Positions 24,191-37,757 of a stretch of 64,000 nt of DNA are shown here, piece after piece (position 1 is the first letter of the stretch; each line of letters starts with the position of its first letter). Location: the NCBI GenBank assembly GCA_951406725.2, contig OX597815.1, positions 214,520,001-214,584,000 on the forward strand. Direction: 5' to 3'. Source of the DNA: Octopus vulgaris. Taxonomy: Eukaryota. The position numbers and the translations under genes were made by a program. The notes below the pieces were generated by a model that made no database searches, had not been told where the DNA came from, and worked only from the letters and a program-made list of their open reading frames with translations.

Positions 24191-25048
24191 ACCTTTACAT
24201 TGAACTACAGCCATGCCGGATCATAGTCTTGTAATGTACCAAACAAGTCAACCCCACTACTAATTCTTAAACCTGGTCAATTTTCAGTCTGTTTTGCTGA
24301 ACCGTTAAGTTGCTGAGACCTAAATAAACCACACTGCTTTTATGCAGTGTGTATTTTCCAGACAGTTTCCTCTATTAAATTCATTTACCAAGTATGAGTC
24401 GGCCCACAACTATTGTAGAAGACACTTGCTAAAGGTACCTTGCAGGGGAACTGAGCCTGAAACCACGTTGTTGCAAATTTAACCGAGAGCCATGCAAACG
24501 CCTATATATATGTGTGTGTATGTCTCCACTACATGCAACAGAAGCAGTACTAGATAAAAAAAAATACCGACCTGTGTATAATATTGCTTCTAGTCATGCA
24601 ACTGGTTGTGAGGACACGCTGCTGACAAAGTGCAAGGAAGCAGAAATGCATGCATTAATCTCAGCGGCCGCTGCAATGATAATTTTCCTCTGCCTCCGAT
24701 ATAGTTTGTCATTTCAAACACAGCACGCCCATATGAGATATGATCTCAGTAAGAGTGCCACAGTAAATTAGCCTTGCATGATGTATTAACATTACGTTAC
24801 ATTTATATATTTGTGTGTGTATGCGTGTGTGTATATGTATAGATATATCGTTGTATATCGTTGAATGAGGTACCTAGTGAAAATTTAGTATAAATACTGA
24901 AAAATAGCTTTATTTCTATAAATGAAGTAAATTGCCCGAAATATTACAATCTTATTTAATATTTTCATACTGCAAATGAATTTTTATCATCTTCATAGCA
25001 TCAAGCTGCAAATATGTGCCGCATTCCATCGGAATTAGGAAAATAGAG

Positions 25049-25188
25049 CGTCGGGTGGACTTACGTCGGGTGGACTTACGTCGGGTGGACTTACGTCGGG
25101 TGGACTTACGTCGGGTGGACTTACGTCGGGTGGACTTACGTCGGGTGGACTTACGTCGGGTGGACTTACGTCGGGTGGACTTACGTCG
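25049..25188. repeat. 15-bp minisatellite CGTCGGGTGGACTTA x9 plus a partial unit
   Basis: Nine identical units plus CGTCG; gives the RRVDL repeat ORF. Confidence 0.97.
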
Positions 25189-25761
25189 TTTTTTATAACA
25201 GACTTTTGAAGTGGCAGAAATTGAAACGCTTTGTTAATTAACCTTTCAAATTAATTGGGCTTCTTTTCCCCCTTTCTTTTATTACATCATTTGTGAATTT
25301 AAAAATCATCAACTCTTTAGAGTAATAGCAAAAGAAATCATTTTTTTTTTTCATTTTAATAAATTTGGTTTTGTTATTTTTTATGTCTTTCATATTCTTT
25401 TGCAATTGCGTTCAGGAAAAAAATGACATCGGGAGACAATGAGTGATTCAATCAATCAGCTAGAAATAGCAGTTGAACCTCTCTTGTTTAAAACCCTCCC
25501 GTTTAAAAAGAATAGTGGGTATGATATATAGAGTATTCTAGTCTTAGACACAATATGAAGACAAACTAACAACCTATTTTGTCGGCTCTAAAATACTTTT
25601 GATGATAGGTGTGCTGAGTCAAAGCTAATCTTATGCTAACCCTTTGCCTGACCGAAGCGTTTTCCTAAGTTTGTGCATGCATATTTTCAGACTTTAATTA
25701 GCTCTTGTCTCATACGTTCTGAGTAAGATAAAGCTTTCTTTTCATAAGTACCAAGTTGCTC

Positions 25762-26050
25762 TGGTGCGTGGCTCAGTGGTTAGAGCGTCGGGATCACAGT
25801 CATGAGGTAGTGAGTTCGAGTGGCGGACCGAGCTTTGTGTTGTGTTCCTGAACAAGGCACTTTATTTCACATTCCTTCAGTTCATGCAGTCGCAGAAATG
25901 AGTTGCGGCGTCACTGGTGCCTTTGCCTTTGATAACATCGGTGGCGTGGAGAGGGGAGGCTGGAATGCGTGAGCAACTGCTGGTCTTCCATAAACAACTT
26001 CTAAGTGCAATTCCATGGTCATTTATGACAGACGAGGGTTTTTACCTCTT
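25762..26050 (+). mobile_element. tRNA-derived SINE related to family B, with a different 3' part
   Basis: GGTGCGTGGCTCAGTGGTTAGAGCG (A box), GAGTTCGAG (B box), TTGTGTTCCTGAACAAGGCACTTTATTTCAC core. Confidence 0.75.
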
Positions 26051-26261
26051 TACCTGTTCTGGTGGTTGAAAAAAAATTGTCAATGTGTATCACATATGAT
26101 GCATGGACATCAGAGAAATAAGCCCTGAGTGTTTTCGTTTTTTTAATACACAGGACAGGCAAAGGGTTGAATTATAATAAACAACGGCATCAACAAATTG
26201 GTATTTGAAAATTACGAAGGGACAAAAATCACAAGTCTATAATGAAGCATCATCACAAAGT

Positions 26262-26680
26262 CCAGTCCGTGTTCCGATGTGATGACCCTCAGAGTTGTGT
26301 GATCGGAGCATAAGCTCCATGCTGGACAGGTCAAAGAATAGACGCCAGACTAAAATAGTTTCAAATGCTGGCACCAGGGCAGTAAGTTTGGAGGAGAGGC
26401 TAAATCAATTACATTGACCTCAGTATTTAATTGGTACTTATTTTTTCAACCCCCGAAAGGATGAAAGGCAAAGTTGACCTAAGCAGAATTTGAACTTAGA
26501 ACACAAAGACAGATGAAATACTGCTAAGCATTTTGCCTGGCGTGCTAACGATTCTGCCAGTTCGTCGCCTTTATACGCCAGGTATGGATGACCTCTTCAC
26601 TGGGGTAAAAATGAGTTTGCATCGGGCGGGCCAACATCCCTACCAAGGAAGAAAGCAAAGTTACAGAAGCATCGACGACA
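26262..26680 (+). mobile_element. RTE-type 5'UTR fragment interrupted by a minus-strand SINE A (~26361-26570)
   Basis: GATGACCCTCAGAG...CCATGCTGGACAGGTCAAAGAATAGACGCCAGACTAA resembles RTE 5'UTRs; inverted homolog at 57720-57850. Confidence 0.55.
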
Positions 26681-28350
26681 GTTCAAAATGGTGAATAACC
26701 TATGCAATCACTTAAAAATGTTCGGTCCACAAATCAGTGAGACGAGAGGGAAACCCTGCTCCGAATTTTTGGGGTAAAACAATGGGAAAACTTCGGAAAA
26801 ACCAAGAAGAAAATCATCGGACAGAGAAAGCAAAAACATTTTTAAAAGCTACATTTTAAAAAATGATTCAGGCGAGTGGTTAACCGAAATTCTTAAATTT
26901 TCCACTACAATTTGGTTTATTTATTTAGTTTTGAAGAATAAAGGAATTAACCCAACACTCTTCTACGAGTTAACTTCGTTGTTATATTCTGGTTTTATTT
27001 TCGTTCATTACAGAAAAAACCCAAATTGATAAAACCTGGAACTTACCATTCCTTTCACATTTCTTTCATATGGTAATGTTTGTTAGAGAATGGCAAACCG
27101 AACACTCTCGCTCTGAAATCTGTTTACATTAACGGCGATCAGTGAAGGCTATACTGGTCGCTCCACCCAATGAATGTATTATTTTCAACGGACATCACAT
27201 TTAATTTAGTTCACTAAATGTCGATATGGAAAAAGTGCACACACGGTTTTATTGTCATTGCATTAAATGTACAGAAAGCGGCAAACAAAGAGAATCTGTC
27301 AATAAGTAAAGCACTTTATTTTCATATCAGTACCCACCAAAAGTGTAACAGATGTTGAGTGATTTTTTAAATGCATTCAATGCCAAATCTTTCAAATTAA
27401 AACGAAAGGCTGTATATATAAGACAAAAGTTATATATTTACAACTATGCAATCTCCCGAATTATTACCAAAAACGGTCTTGTTAAATGCGACGCCCAAAA
27501 TACTGCAAAAAAAAAGGGGGGAAAGGAAGAGAAAAAGAGAAATCTTTTTTGTTTAACAGACTTTGACTCCTCAAATTTCTGAGAAAAGTCCAAGTAACGA
27601 AAATTATAATGCCAGGCGAGAATATAACTTATGAATTTTCACTATCTCCGCAACCTCGGCAGGGCAATATCACAGAAGTGGTCCGAATCAGCAAATTTTG
27701 ACATACTATAAGCCAAAGGAATTTGATAAGAAGTGGTATTGTTGAAAGATTCCAAAATGAATGGCTTAAGCTTTATCATTAGTTTACTGTGATGTTGTAA
27801 AATATCAGATATCAAGTTTCATGTTACCCTTTTAAAGTTTTCGTGCTTAGTGTCACTTTTACTTTTGAAAACTGGAAAAGGATAAACTGACTCACAAATT
27901 ATATGAAAAGTGCAAGACATAGATAAACAGAAAAGATTATCGAGCGAACACAAAGCACAAAGCGTCGGTGTTAGATCAACTAAACACTATATCCAAGCAA
28001 CAACTAAGCATTGAACCGAGACTATTTGAAAACTATTGTTCACTGCTCAGCAAAATATATTTCGAAGACGCTATGCACAGTAACGTAAGAGTTCCCGATA
28101 TTAACTATAGTATTTTCTTCGAGCTTTTACATCTTTGGTTGGAGTATATGTTTCTGTTATGATAAAAACTGAAAGTCAGATAGGTGCACATATACAGTGG
28201 ACCTCCGCTATAATCCAAAACGAAACTTTTGGTGTCATGGCAACAGCAAATGATGTGAAAGACTATTCAGTATATTCCATTATTGTTGAGGAAATATGAG
28301 ATGTTAGCAGGGTTGAGCTTGTCGCAAAATATCTTAAATTCATCACTGGT

Positions 28351-28482
<132 letters not shown>

Positions 28483-28825
28483 TGCAACGAGCAAGCAGAA
28501 TCGTTAGTGTGCCGTTAGCGGCACTTCGTCCGTCGTTACGTTCTGAGTTCAAATCCTGTCGAAGTCGACTTTGCCTTTCATCCGTTCGGTGTCGATAAAA
28601 TAAGTACCACTTGGACACTGCTGGCCTTGTGCCAAAATTTGAAATAATAATAACTTTTTCTTGTCGTATTCTTCTATATTTAGTGGGAAAACACTCTTTA
28701 CGTTTGCAGATGATACAATCTGATTATTTGCACCGATGCTAGAAATCACACAAAAGTATTGCAAACCTAAAAACCTTGATTGTGTAGTTTTCAAATTCTT
28801 AAAAACACTCAAAGTTTTAGATTGA

Positions 28826-28896
<71 letters not shown>

Positions 28897-28973
28897 AATT
28901 TAACCATTAAAGGTTATTTTTTAATATGCTGGCCATTGATAGAATTTTTTTCGAAAACTTTTATCCTATATTA

Positions 28974-29009
<36 letters not shown>

Positions 29010-29139
29010 CAGAGATTAAAATGGCATAGTTTGATAGTTTGTATATAATATATTACAGTTATGTTGAAACATGTGATATGGGAAAGTGCAGCATTGACAA
29101 CAAAACATTTGTGGAGTAAATGATGGGCTAATTCGACTA

Positions 29140-30141
29140 AGCAGCATGCTATGCGCCCGTTTGAAGTATTTCAGGCCCTTTTCTGTGGGGGTTATGTGAT
29201 TTTTGAACGTACCGAAAAGCTGTCAGTGGATATACTCTCTTTCGCAGCAGTCGGCGCTGTATCTAACACGACCCATCATCTGAAATGTTGACACCTCCTT
29301 CGGATTTGTTGCCCTATATCATATCATAAAGTAAACTTGGAGGAACTGTGGTTGTTCATTTTGGGTAACAAGGAACCAATGAGGTGATAGACTTGCCCTT
29401 GAACTTTGACGTCGGCGTAAATTCATGTTTATCTATCTTCTTAGATGCACCAAACGATGTCATTTACAGAGCTGTATTGTCTAATATTGTTCAGAAAATC
29501 CTTTGACTGGATGAAAATGCCTTCTAGAAGATCCATAAGGGGTTGAGAAGGAGCTGGTAGTGCTGGCAATGCTACCTGACCGCCTGAGCAACACATACCA
29601 TTTGTTCATTTGAAAATTTTAAAGCTCTACGGAAAAGACAATTTGTGTTTAGCACACCAATTTGGACAAAATTATTATTTTTATATGAATGGGATGGATC
29701 ATATCTGGAAAGAGCTTCAGGAGTTGTGAAGAACGAATTTGTACGTAGTCTGTTTCTGAGAGCTATTCTAATGGACCTCTGTCTAATCATTAAAACATTG
29801 ATTTAATGATCCAGCATTAAGTGTTGCAACATGCATTTGCGGATCTTGAGAAAATCTCATCTAGCTTCTCTCTTCAGACTCTCGCCTTCGGTTTTCTACA
29901 ATCTTCCTTGCTTTATATTTGTTTCTGGAGAGATTACGTCTTTTCTTCGGTGGCATATTTTTTTCAATATTCTAAAGGAAAAATTATGATCATAGAAAGA
30001 AATTATACATTAATCCCTATTTTTGTAAGCAGTTTTATCCGTAAAAATTTACTTGAAGAGAGCAAAAGTTAAAAGAAGAGAAAGCGACAAGAACAGAGAA
30101 AGAAAGTTGAAGATGTATGTACATCTTTATGAAATGAACAT

Positions 30142-30210
<69 letters not shown>

Positions 30211-30507
30211 CGTGTGTGCGTGCGCGTGTGTGTGAGAGAGAAAGAGGGTGAGAAAGAGAGATAGAGTGAGTGAGTGAAGCTATGTCGTGATGATTGATGT
30301 CTTTTAAGGTACACACACACATATAGAAAATGTGACGTCATCGTATAAAATGTTTACGATAGTTGATTTATGGAAAAGATTATAATGTTAAACTTTTGAA
30401 ATGCAAATATGTGAATGGAAATTAAGTTTAATTTGTAGCCGAAATAGTACTGAATCTTTTGATACCCCATACGTTAAAATCTGAAACTCGGTTTTGGAAT
30501 GCATAAG

Positions 30508-30520
<13 letters not shown>
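29140..30520 (-). mobile_element. Helitron deletion derivative with RepHel N-terminal remnant
   Basis: Minus strand 29330-29720 across frameshifts: YDPS..Y....VQIG.LNTNC.F.RALKF..E.NGMCCSGGQVALPALPAPSQPLMDLL...SKDFLNNIRQY...MTSFGA....FTPT.KVQGQVYHLIGSLLP...PQFLQVYF, the conserved animal Helitron N-terminal block; ends approximate. Confidence 0.85.
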
Positions 30521-30576
<56 letters not shown>

Positions 30577-32544
30577 CCAGACTTCCTTCAAACTGAAAGT
30601 ATTATCTCACATTACAATAGAGACGTAATATTGAAACAGTGTAAGAGATAAGAGATTGCTCTGGGCTCGCATTAGGCAAGAAGTTGTTAGAAAAGACACT
30701 GCATGGACCTTGGCTTTTGTATTTGACGCCTGTTGCTTTAAGTATGTTATTTCAAGTATTTTATTTCAATTTTATGTGTATATGTATGTATGAGCCAATG
30801 AGGGATACCTCTACACGGTAGCTAGACCTGGTAGAAATACCAACCAAATCTCCCTCAAAACACCCTACTGTTTTAACCCGACAATTCTGCTTATTATGTA
30901 GTTTTAATGAGAAACTGTAACTAAAGATTAAGATTATTAACCCCAAAATTTTACGCGCTTTAATAGTAATCAATTTGTTCTCTTTTATTTTTAAATGGTT
31001 GCTTTTTCCTCGTAGTTTTTCATGTGTGCTGTAAAGGTGAAGAGGGTTAACTTGGACGGTTTTAAGTAGTGGAGATGTTTTGTGATTGTATGTGTTACTT
31101 TTGACTGTTTCTTATCAATAAGGATAATTGATTGATAACGCATCTTAGCACAACTTCAAGTGGAATCAAACATCATAAGAGAGACAGAGAGAGGAAAGAA
31201 GAGAGTCAGCATAGCGACGGTTTTAGCTGACTGTCATCCTGTACTCCCCTTGTTGCCAGCGAAATTATATGTGCCGGCTGTCTGAGCAAATCGTAGATTA
31301 CGGAACGCCCCGCTCTCTCATGTATCCATGTTTAAAATCTCAGCGCGATCGGATGAACAATACTCGAGTTATAAGCGCACAAACAGACAGACAGAATGAA
31401 TTTTATATATTAGAAAGATAAATCAAAGATAAAAAACACAACAAACGGAATCGACAGTGTGGTAGGCAAACGCAAGGAAAAAGGAAATGGAAAACCCTTA
31501 ACCGTATTTCAAACAATCCCTGAGAACTACGTTAAGGGTACGCGTGTCTGTGGAACGCTCAGCCGCTTGCCCTTTCATTTCACGAGCAAGCTGTTCCGTT
31601 GATCAAATTAACTGGAACGCGCGTCGTTGTAAACGGAGTTCCAGTCATACCAATGTTTATAGGGTAACCAACAGAGAAGAAGCTCTCTTACGTTTGAGAG
31701 CGGTGTTTTTCTTCATCAGAATGCCGAAGTCCACTGAACGTGGTATTTTAATTATAACTCGTGAATGCAATACATTTTTTCAATAATGTAATTTTTTTTT
31801 ATCTCTTCAATATTTTTGTTTTAGTTTGAAATAGTTTAAACTATTTCATCTTTGTATGTTTTAGATCTGGATTAGCCCTTTGATCACGTAATTAAATTTC
31901 ATGATCATTCCTGTAATGATGTTAATTATCCATCAAAAAATAGAATTGATATTTTCTAAAAGTATTTGATTCTTGCTTTGTAAAGAGATATTTGATGAAA
32001 TATGTGGAAAAAAAAAAGGAAAACCTGAAAAATTATCTTTTGTTAAGAATATCAATGAGGGTTTCTCCGCTACTCGCAGCTTAGGGAGAGTTTTTTTTTC
32101 TTTATTTTTTCAAAACCATCGGGTAAAACCGTTTCCCGCTGTTAACTGGTAATAAATTTTTAGCAGATATATCAGTTTTCCGCGTTCAACGGATAAATAT
32201 TGACTGCAGTCCACCATTTTTCAGTCAGTGTACTTGATGGTTAGAGATGTGATTTTTCATTAACGTCTGGTTTTCTCATCGGTCCGTAATAACATAATAC
32301 TAAACTATTCAGTTCCTAATGGGGTTTGCTTATCTTTTTCTTTTTGTTTTGTTTTTCTTTTTAGGGATTGCTCAACTTAGTGAGGTGCATCCAGAGAATT
32401 CACAATCTTTGCAATTTTGATTTTAACACTTAAAAAATATCTTATTGTAGTGACAGACTGGTTTTTCAGTCAACTAAAACGACGTTGTTTTAATTGACGA
32501 CATTTCTGTTTGAATTTCGTTTTTGTTAATATCTGAATAAAATT

Positions 32545-32740
32545 GATTTCAAATTTTGGCACAAGGCCAGACATTTCGGGGAACAGAGTATATCGATTTC
32601 ATCGACCTCAGTGCTCGATAGATACTTATTTTATCGACCCTGAAAGGATGAAATGCAAAGTCGGCTTCGGCTGAATTTGAACTCAGAGAGTAAAGGCAAC
32701 GACATGCCGCTAAACATTTTGCCTGATTTGCTAACAGTTC
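32545..32740 (-). mobile_element. SINE family A
   Basis: TTTCAAATTTTGGCACAAGGCCAG...TTTTATCGACCCTGAAAGGATGAAA...GAATTTGAACTCAG. Confidence 0.85.
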
Positions 32741-33076
32741 AATAAAATACCTGAATTAAAATTATTTTACTAATAAATAGCACCATTATTTGGTAGGGAG
32801 ATCTATGCGTTAAGCTTTCTTCCATACCAGGCATTCACTTTCTTTGGCATTCAGAAAACAAGAATTTATTCTATAGATCGGAAGTAATTTTACTCTTTCG
32901 TTTTGTTATTTTATTTGAAATTTGGAAACAGATGCAAGAAACAAACAAAATCAATCTTTCAGGTTATCAAAAAGAAAAAAAAAGAAAGAAATTCACTCAG
33001 CCGGAAAAGACGGACAACGATACCCGATTCCACTTGACCGAGCGTAAGCTTGTCAAGATTTCGTAAGCATTTTATA

Positions 33077-33131
<55 letters not shown>

Positions 33132-33399
33132 TCTCTCTCGTACTCATACAGGGAGTGTCTGTCTGGCAGGAGTGACACTTCATAGAAAATCCAGTATTAT
33201 AGCATCTAACATGTATGAAATTTCACCTTCCCAATACTTTTGTCGGTCAAACATTCACGTATGAGAAACAAAAACTTACCTGATTAATACCTTCCGCCTA
33301 TTATTGCTATCTAGCCTGAGGTCATCAGTGCTTCTTGAATAGATCTATGATCAAAAACGTGCCATCCGTGTGTGTGTGTGTGTTAACTATTAGATCCTC

Positions 33400-33795
33400 C
33401 AGTGCTGTTAGCACAAAGGGCAATGGGCCTTCTCCAAACATCGAGGCCGTTCGCTTTCCTCTTAGGTCAACTCGGACCGATTCTCATCACAATCACATCA
33501 TTACAAAACCTTCTGCGCCACATCTTCCTTGGTCTTTGCATTCTATCCTTTTCCTTATTCTTGCACCCACTCCATCACGATGGTAACAAGTCTCTTCTGT
33601 GGTAATCGAAGCATATGACCAGTTAACCGTATCCGCCGCTTAGTCCCCACGTCCTGCATACTTCCTAAGCCAGCTCTTCTAATCAACCTTTCGTTTCTCA
33701 CTCTGTACCAGGAAGGGATGCCCAGGACTGGACGTAGGCAGCGTTGAAGGAAGACGTCTAACAACCGAGAGGAGATCTTCGCTGTCTTCTTAAAT
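33400..33795 (-). mobile_element. RTE-clade LINE C-terminal fragment
   Basis: LLDVFLQRCLRPVLGIPSWYRVRNERLIRRAG....GTKRRIRLTGHMLRLPQKRL...MEW then RPRKMWRR. Confidence 0.8.
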
Positions 33796-33814
33796 ATATT
33801 ATACACACACATAT

Positions 33815-35520
33815 TGAGGGCATATCTGAGAGGGTCACTATGAAAGCAGTGGTCTCAAGACAGTGCCCAGTGGAACACCGCTCACTATTTGTGTTTTCAT
33901 TGAGGTGGCTCCATTGGCCACTACTGCTTGACGTCTATCTTCCAGAAAGTCATGTAACCACCCTCCAAATTTTCCAACTATGCTGAGATCACACAGTTTG
34001 TAGCATATCATTCCATGATCAACTTAATCAAAAACTTTTGCAAAATCAAGGTAGATTACGTCCACATTTGAGTTGTTGAGTAACTGCCTCAACACCCAGT
34101 CATAATGTTGTAAGAGCTGGGTTAAGCAGTTCCTACCTTGTCGAAAGACATGCTGGGTATCACTCAGCAAGTTATTTTCTTCAAGGAATACGATTAGTTT
34201 CCCTCTGACTATCCGTTCCATGACTTTGCTGATGTGTGAAGTCAGAGAGATAGGCCTATAGTTTTTGGCATCTACTCTGCTTCCTCCTTTATGGATTGGG
34301 CATATTATTCCTTCCTTCAGCTTGCTTCGCAGCCTTCCATTTACAAGAACACTCTGGAAGAGAATCTGGAAGGGTTTTGCCAGGGCACGCTTACACGATT
34401 TGGAACCTTGTTCCTTTTTGTGTTGGCCTTGTGCTCTGGGACATATTTCTGGCAAATAGTTTGCATAACAGACATGAAATATTCTAGATTCATGCCGATG
34501 TCTGGTGTGGAGAGGTATTAGGACCAGTCCTGTCTGAGGATCTCTTTTTGAATCGATTTCTAGTCTGCTCTGTGGAAGTTCAGAGTGGAGAGATTTCGGG
34601 TGCTTCCTCTAGGCTGTATGTTTCTGGTTACTTTCGGCCCAAACATAGACAGCTCTATTATGTTGTGATCCGAGACTAATGTCGGCGTCACTTTCACATC
34701 ACGAACGATGTCCATATTGTTTGTGAATCAGAGATCCAAAATATTATTCGCTCTAGTTGGTCTGAGCACAACTTGCTTCATGAATAGGGCATTGCTGAGG
34801 TTGAGCAGGGACTCCACGTGTGCTTGTTTGCAATGAGTCATTCCTGAGAGCATGAGGGCCTTCGGGCCATTTGACGATGGGGAAGTTGAAATCACCCTAA
34901 GAAATACGCTCACGTGGTGTTCCAGTTTCATAAGGATTTCTTTAATTCTTGTGAGGCAATCTTCAAACTTGCCTATGTGGTTTGGAGTATCCGGTAGGCG
35001 ATATGTATTACATATGGCTATATTGTGTTGTCTTCTGTATACAATTAGAGTGTCACATACTGACAGTAAGACCCGGGGTGTGAGGTCATCACAAAAGTAT
35101 ACAGCAACTCCACCATGGCTCCTTTCCCTTCTGTCTGTTCGCAGTATGGCATATTTTTTGTACGTGTACTTCTGCATCCTCTATATCAAGGTTGAGGCGA
35201 GTTTCCACCTATGTTGTGCATAGGGCTTGATTGCATGCATGAAGGTCTCTCAGGAAAAAATTGCTTTTGTTATGATGCAACAGGCCTCCAGTATTTACTA
35301 AAAATATTGGCGTCACGGCGGTGCAGGAGTTAGGGGAGGCCATCCCATGTCTGTTGACTGTGGTGATCTTGCGCAGTGGTGGGCAAGGTTCCTTGTTTGT
35401 ACTTGATGTAGCCAGGTCAGCTGCTGCACAATCTTTTGTGCCGTGCACAAAAAAGATTCTTGCTCAGCTGCTGCCTTGCTCATAACCTCCGAAGAGCGCA
35501 CTACTTTTGCATATATTTTC
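33815..35520 (-). mobile_element. CR1/L2-group LINE relic (ORF1 zinc-finger remnant, APE endonuclease, partial RT; frameshifted and deleted)
   Basis: APE: RTDRRERSHGGVAVY...YRLP...V.RPTRANNILDL..TN...SDHNII; RT: IICPIHKGGS...NYRPISLTSHISKVMERIV...QHVFRQGRNCLTQLL...DVIYLDFAKVFD..DH and SGVPLGTVL.PLLF; truncated before YADD. Confidence 0.93.
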
Positions 35521-35547
35521 TTTGGAAAAAATATATATTATATATAC

Positions 35548-35595
<48 letters not shown>

Positions 35596-35597
<2 letters not shown>

Positions 35598-35632
35598 CGC
35601 AGGCGTGGCTGTGTAGTAAGAACCTTTCTTCC
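35596..35632 (+). mobile_element. SINE family C 5' head, split by insertion (continues at 37096-37190)
   Basis: GCGCAGGCGTGGCTGTGTAGTAAGAACCTTTCTTCC, resuming as AAGAAGCTTGCTTCCCAACCACATGGTTCC. Confidence 0.8.
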
Positions 35633-37095
35633 GCGCATGTGTCGAGTTATTTGCTGTCTTTATTTTGTAAGAGGTGGACGTAGTTTTTTGTGTTGCCTAG
35701 AAGATGTACTCAGACCTTGACGGGTCTGAGTTGGAGGAGGAGGAGCTGGTAAAGGCGGTCATAAAGATGGACGGAATGTTGAAGATAAGGACTTTTACTG
35801 AAGCCACGGAGGTGAAGCGAAGGGAGCTGGACTTGGATGGTCTAAAGGCGTACGAGAAAATGGCTCAGAAGGTGGGCGGCGACGTGAAGTTGTCGTTCCC
35901 CAAAGGAATTATGGAGAGGATAGAGAAGAAAACGATCACCAATAAGGTGTACTCGTTGAAAGGAAAAAAGGCAGAGCAGGTGAAGGCAGAAGTGAAAAGG
36001 CGCCGAGGAAGCGATCAAAGCCGATAACGTACATAACCAAAGGAAGACGATATGGGACAATGGTCGTCCAATTTAGGACAGTAGAGGAGGCGAGGAGGCT
36101 GGCGAGTGTGGCGGTGAAAACAGAGGAAGTAGTGATTCTGCCCACATACCTTCGAAGAAAGACTTCCAAAATGAGGGTAGAAGCAATTCCACCGGATATA
36201 GAAGTGGCTTGGGTAGCGGCAGCTGTCCTTGTTGGAAGCAAAGAGAAGGTAACTGTCCTCCAAGCCACAGAAACGGAAGAAGAAGGGGGGAAAGGAAAGA
36301 CACTTGAACTCATTATTCAGACGGAGGAGAGTCAGCCGGAGAACTTGGCAGAGACGATGACGTTGGGGGAAATCGTGCTGAGGGTGTGGGTAGAGGGCAG
36401 AGTACCACGTTGTTTTAAATGTGGCCAAAAGGGCCACATTAGAGAATACTGCCCTCTACAGAGGACAATGGCTGAGGAAACAGTTGTGGAGACTGAAGAG
36501 AAAAGAAAGGAAGAAAAGGCAGACGAGGAAAGGAGGAAAAGGAAGAAGAATGGAAAGTTACAGAGAGCAGAAGGAGAAAGAGAAAAAAAAAGAAAAAACA
36601 CTGTGCATGATGTGGTACTCCATCCCACCCAAGACTACTCAGACCCACCCTCCCCATTCAGATACTAAACCCACCCTCCCCATTCAGATACTAAACCCAC
36701 CCGCCACATTTGCCCGCAAGAAGAAAAAAAGAAACAGAAAGAACAGACATCACAAAATTTAGAAGACCCTCACCCCCGGTGAAAAAGGTTACTATGCATG
36801 GCGGAGAGAAGTGATGGCGAAAGGGTTAAAAGGATTGGACTGAAGGAGAAAAAGGACTTAGGGCCCAGAGGCAGCGAGTGGTGTTACTCAGTGTGGGGTG
36901 AGTAGCACACTCTTCATAATATCATTTTCAGATATCATTCATGTTATCATATTTTAATTTGTTCTTCATGTTCATTTTCATGTGTCATTCATTATATCAT
37001 ATTTTATTTTTTATATTTTTAATTGTTCTATGTCCCCCACATGTGTCGTAGTGTCCCCCTCTGCGTAATGCCTTTATGGCAATTTAAAAGCAATA
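35633..37095 (+). mobile_element. ORF1-only non-LTR retroelement (HAL1/Tx1-like), ~1.46 kb
   Basis: Degenerate 15-bp TSD (AAGAACCTTTCTTCC 35618-35632; AAGAAGCTTGCTTCC 37096-37110); gag-like ORF1; T-rich 3' UTR; AATAAA at 37092-37097; no EN/RT sequence seen. Confidence 0.75.
35704..36668 (+). pseudogene. L1/Tx1-type ORF1 (RRM-like plus CCHC zinc knuckle), frameshift near 36000
   Basis: ORFs 35704..36027 and 36060..36668 join by a frame change: ITYITKGRRYGTMVVQFRTVEEARRLA...MRVEAIPPDI...VWVEGRVPRCFKCGQKGHIREYCP (CX2CX4HX4C); 26-bp tandem duplication at 36644-36695. Confidence 0.8.
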
Positions 37096-37199
37096 AAGAA
37101 GCTTGCTTCCCAACCACATGGTTCCGTGTTTTCTACTGTAACGTCGAGCCGACCAAAGCCTTCTGAGCAGATTTGGTACATGGAAACTGAAGTATATAT

Positions 37200-37225
37200 A
37201 TTTATATATAATATAAAATCCGTTT

Positions 37226-37273
<48 letters not shown>

Positions 37274-37696
37274 TTCTAGGATCTCGGGAATCCTCCATCC
37301 GATTGCGCTCAAATTTGATATGTAGATACCGACGGTTCCAGGGCGTATATGAGTCTTGAAAAAATTACAAAAATCGGTTCCAGGTGAGAATACGATTGAT
37401 AAAGCCGCGAGAAAAATCAAGATGCAGTTTGCGCAAAAAAGCCGGCTGGCTTGAAATAATGCCACAAAATGCAGTATATATGGTATTTTGCATATTTGTG
37501 TGAATAAAATCGTTTTTCTTTGGAATAGAAAAAAAGTCTATCTTTATTTCTTCTTTTGCTGGTGTCTCAAATTTAGGTTAAATCAGTGTTTCTCAAAGGG
37601 GAGGCCTATAGGATGGTCGGACAAGTTGTTTTGAGAAAATTTGGTTTAAATGTTTGACAACTCAGCACCGTCCATTGAACTAGGGGCATTTTGCTC

Positions 37697-37700
<4 letters not shown>
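37200..37700 (+). mobile_element. non-autonomous Helitron-like element
   Basis: TATATAATATAAAATCCGTTTTGTCTG(TG)n...CATCCGATTGCGCTCAAATTTG 5' signature; degenerate hairpin and GCTCGT (CTAG-like) end. Confidence 0.55.

Positions 37701-37757
<57 letters not shown>

Noticed and set aside
25016-25198. CRISPR-like array or RRVDL repeat protein
   Set aside because: Repeats are contiguous with no spacers, no cas genes are present, and the context is eukaryotic; the ORF is a by-product of the 15-bp unit.
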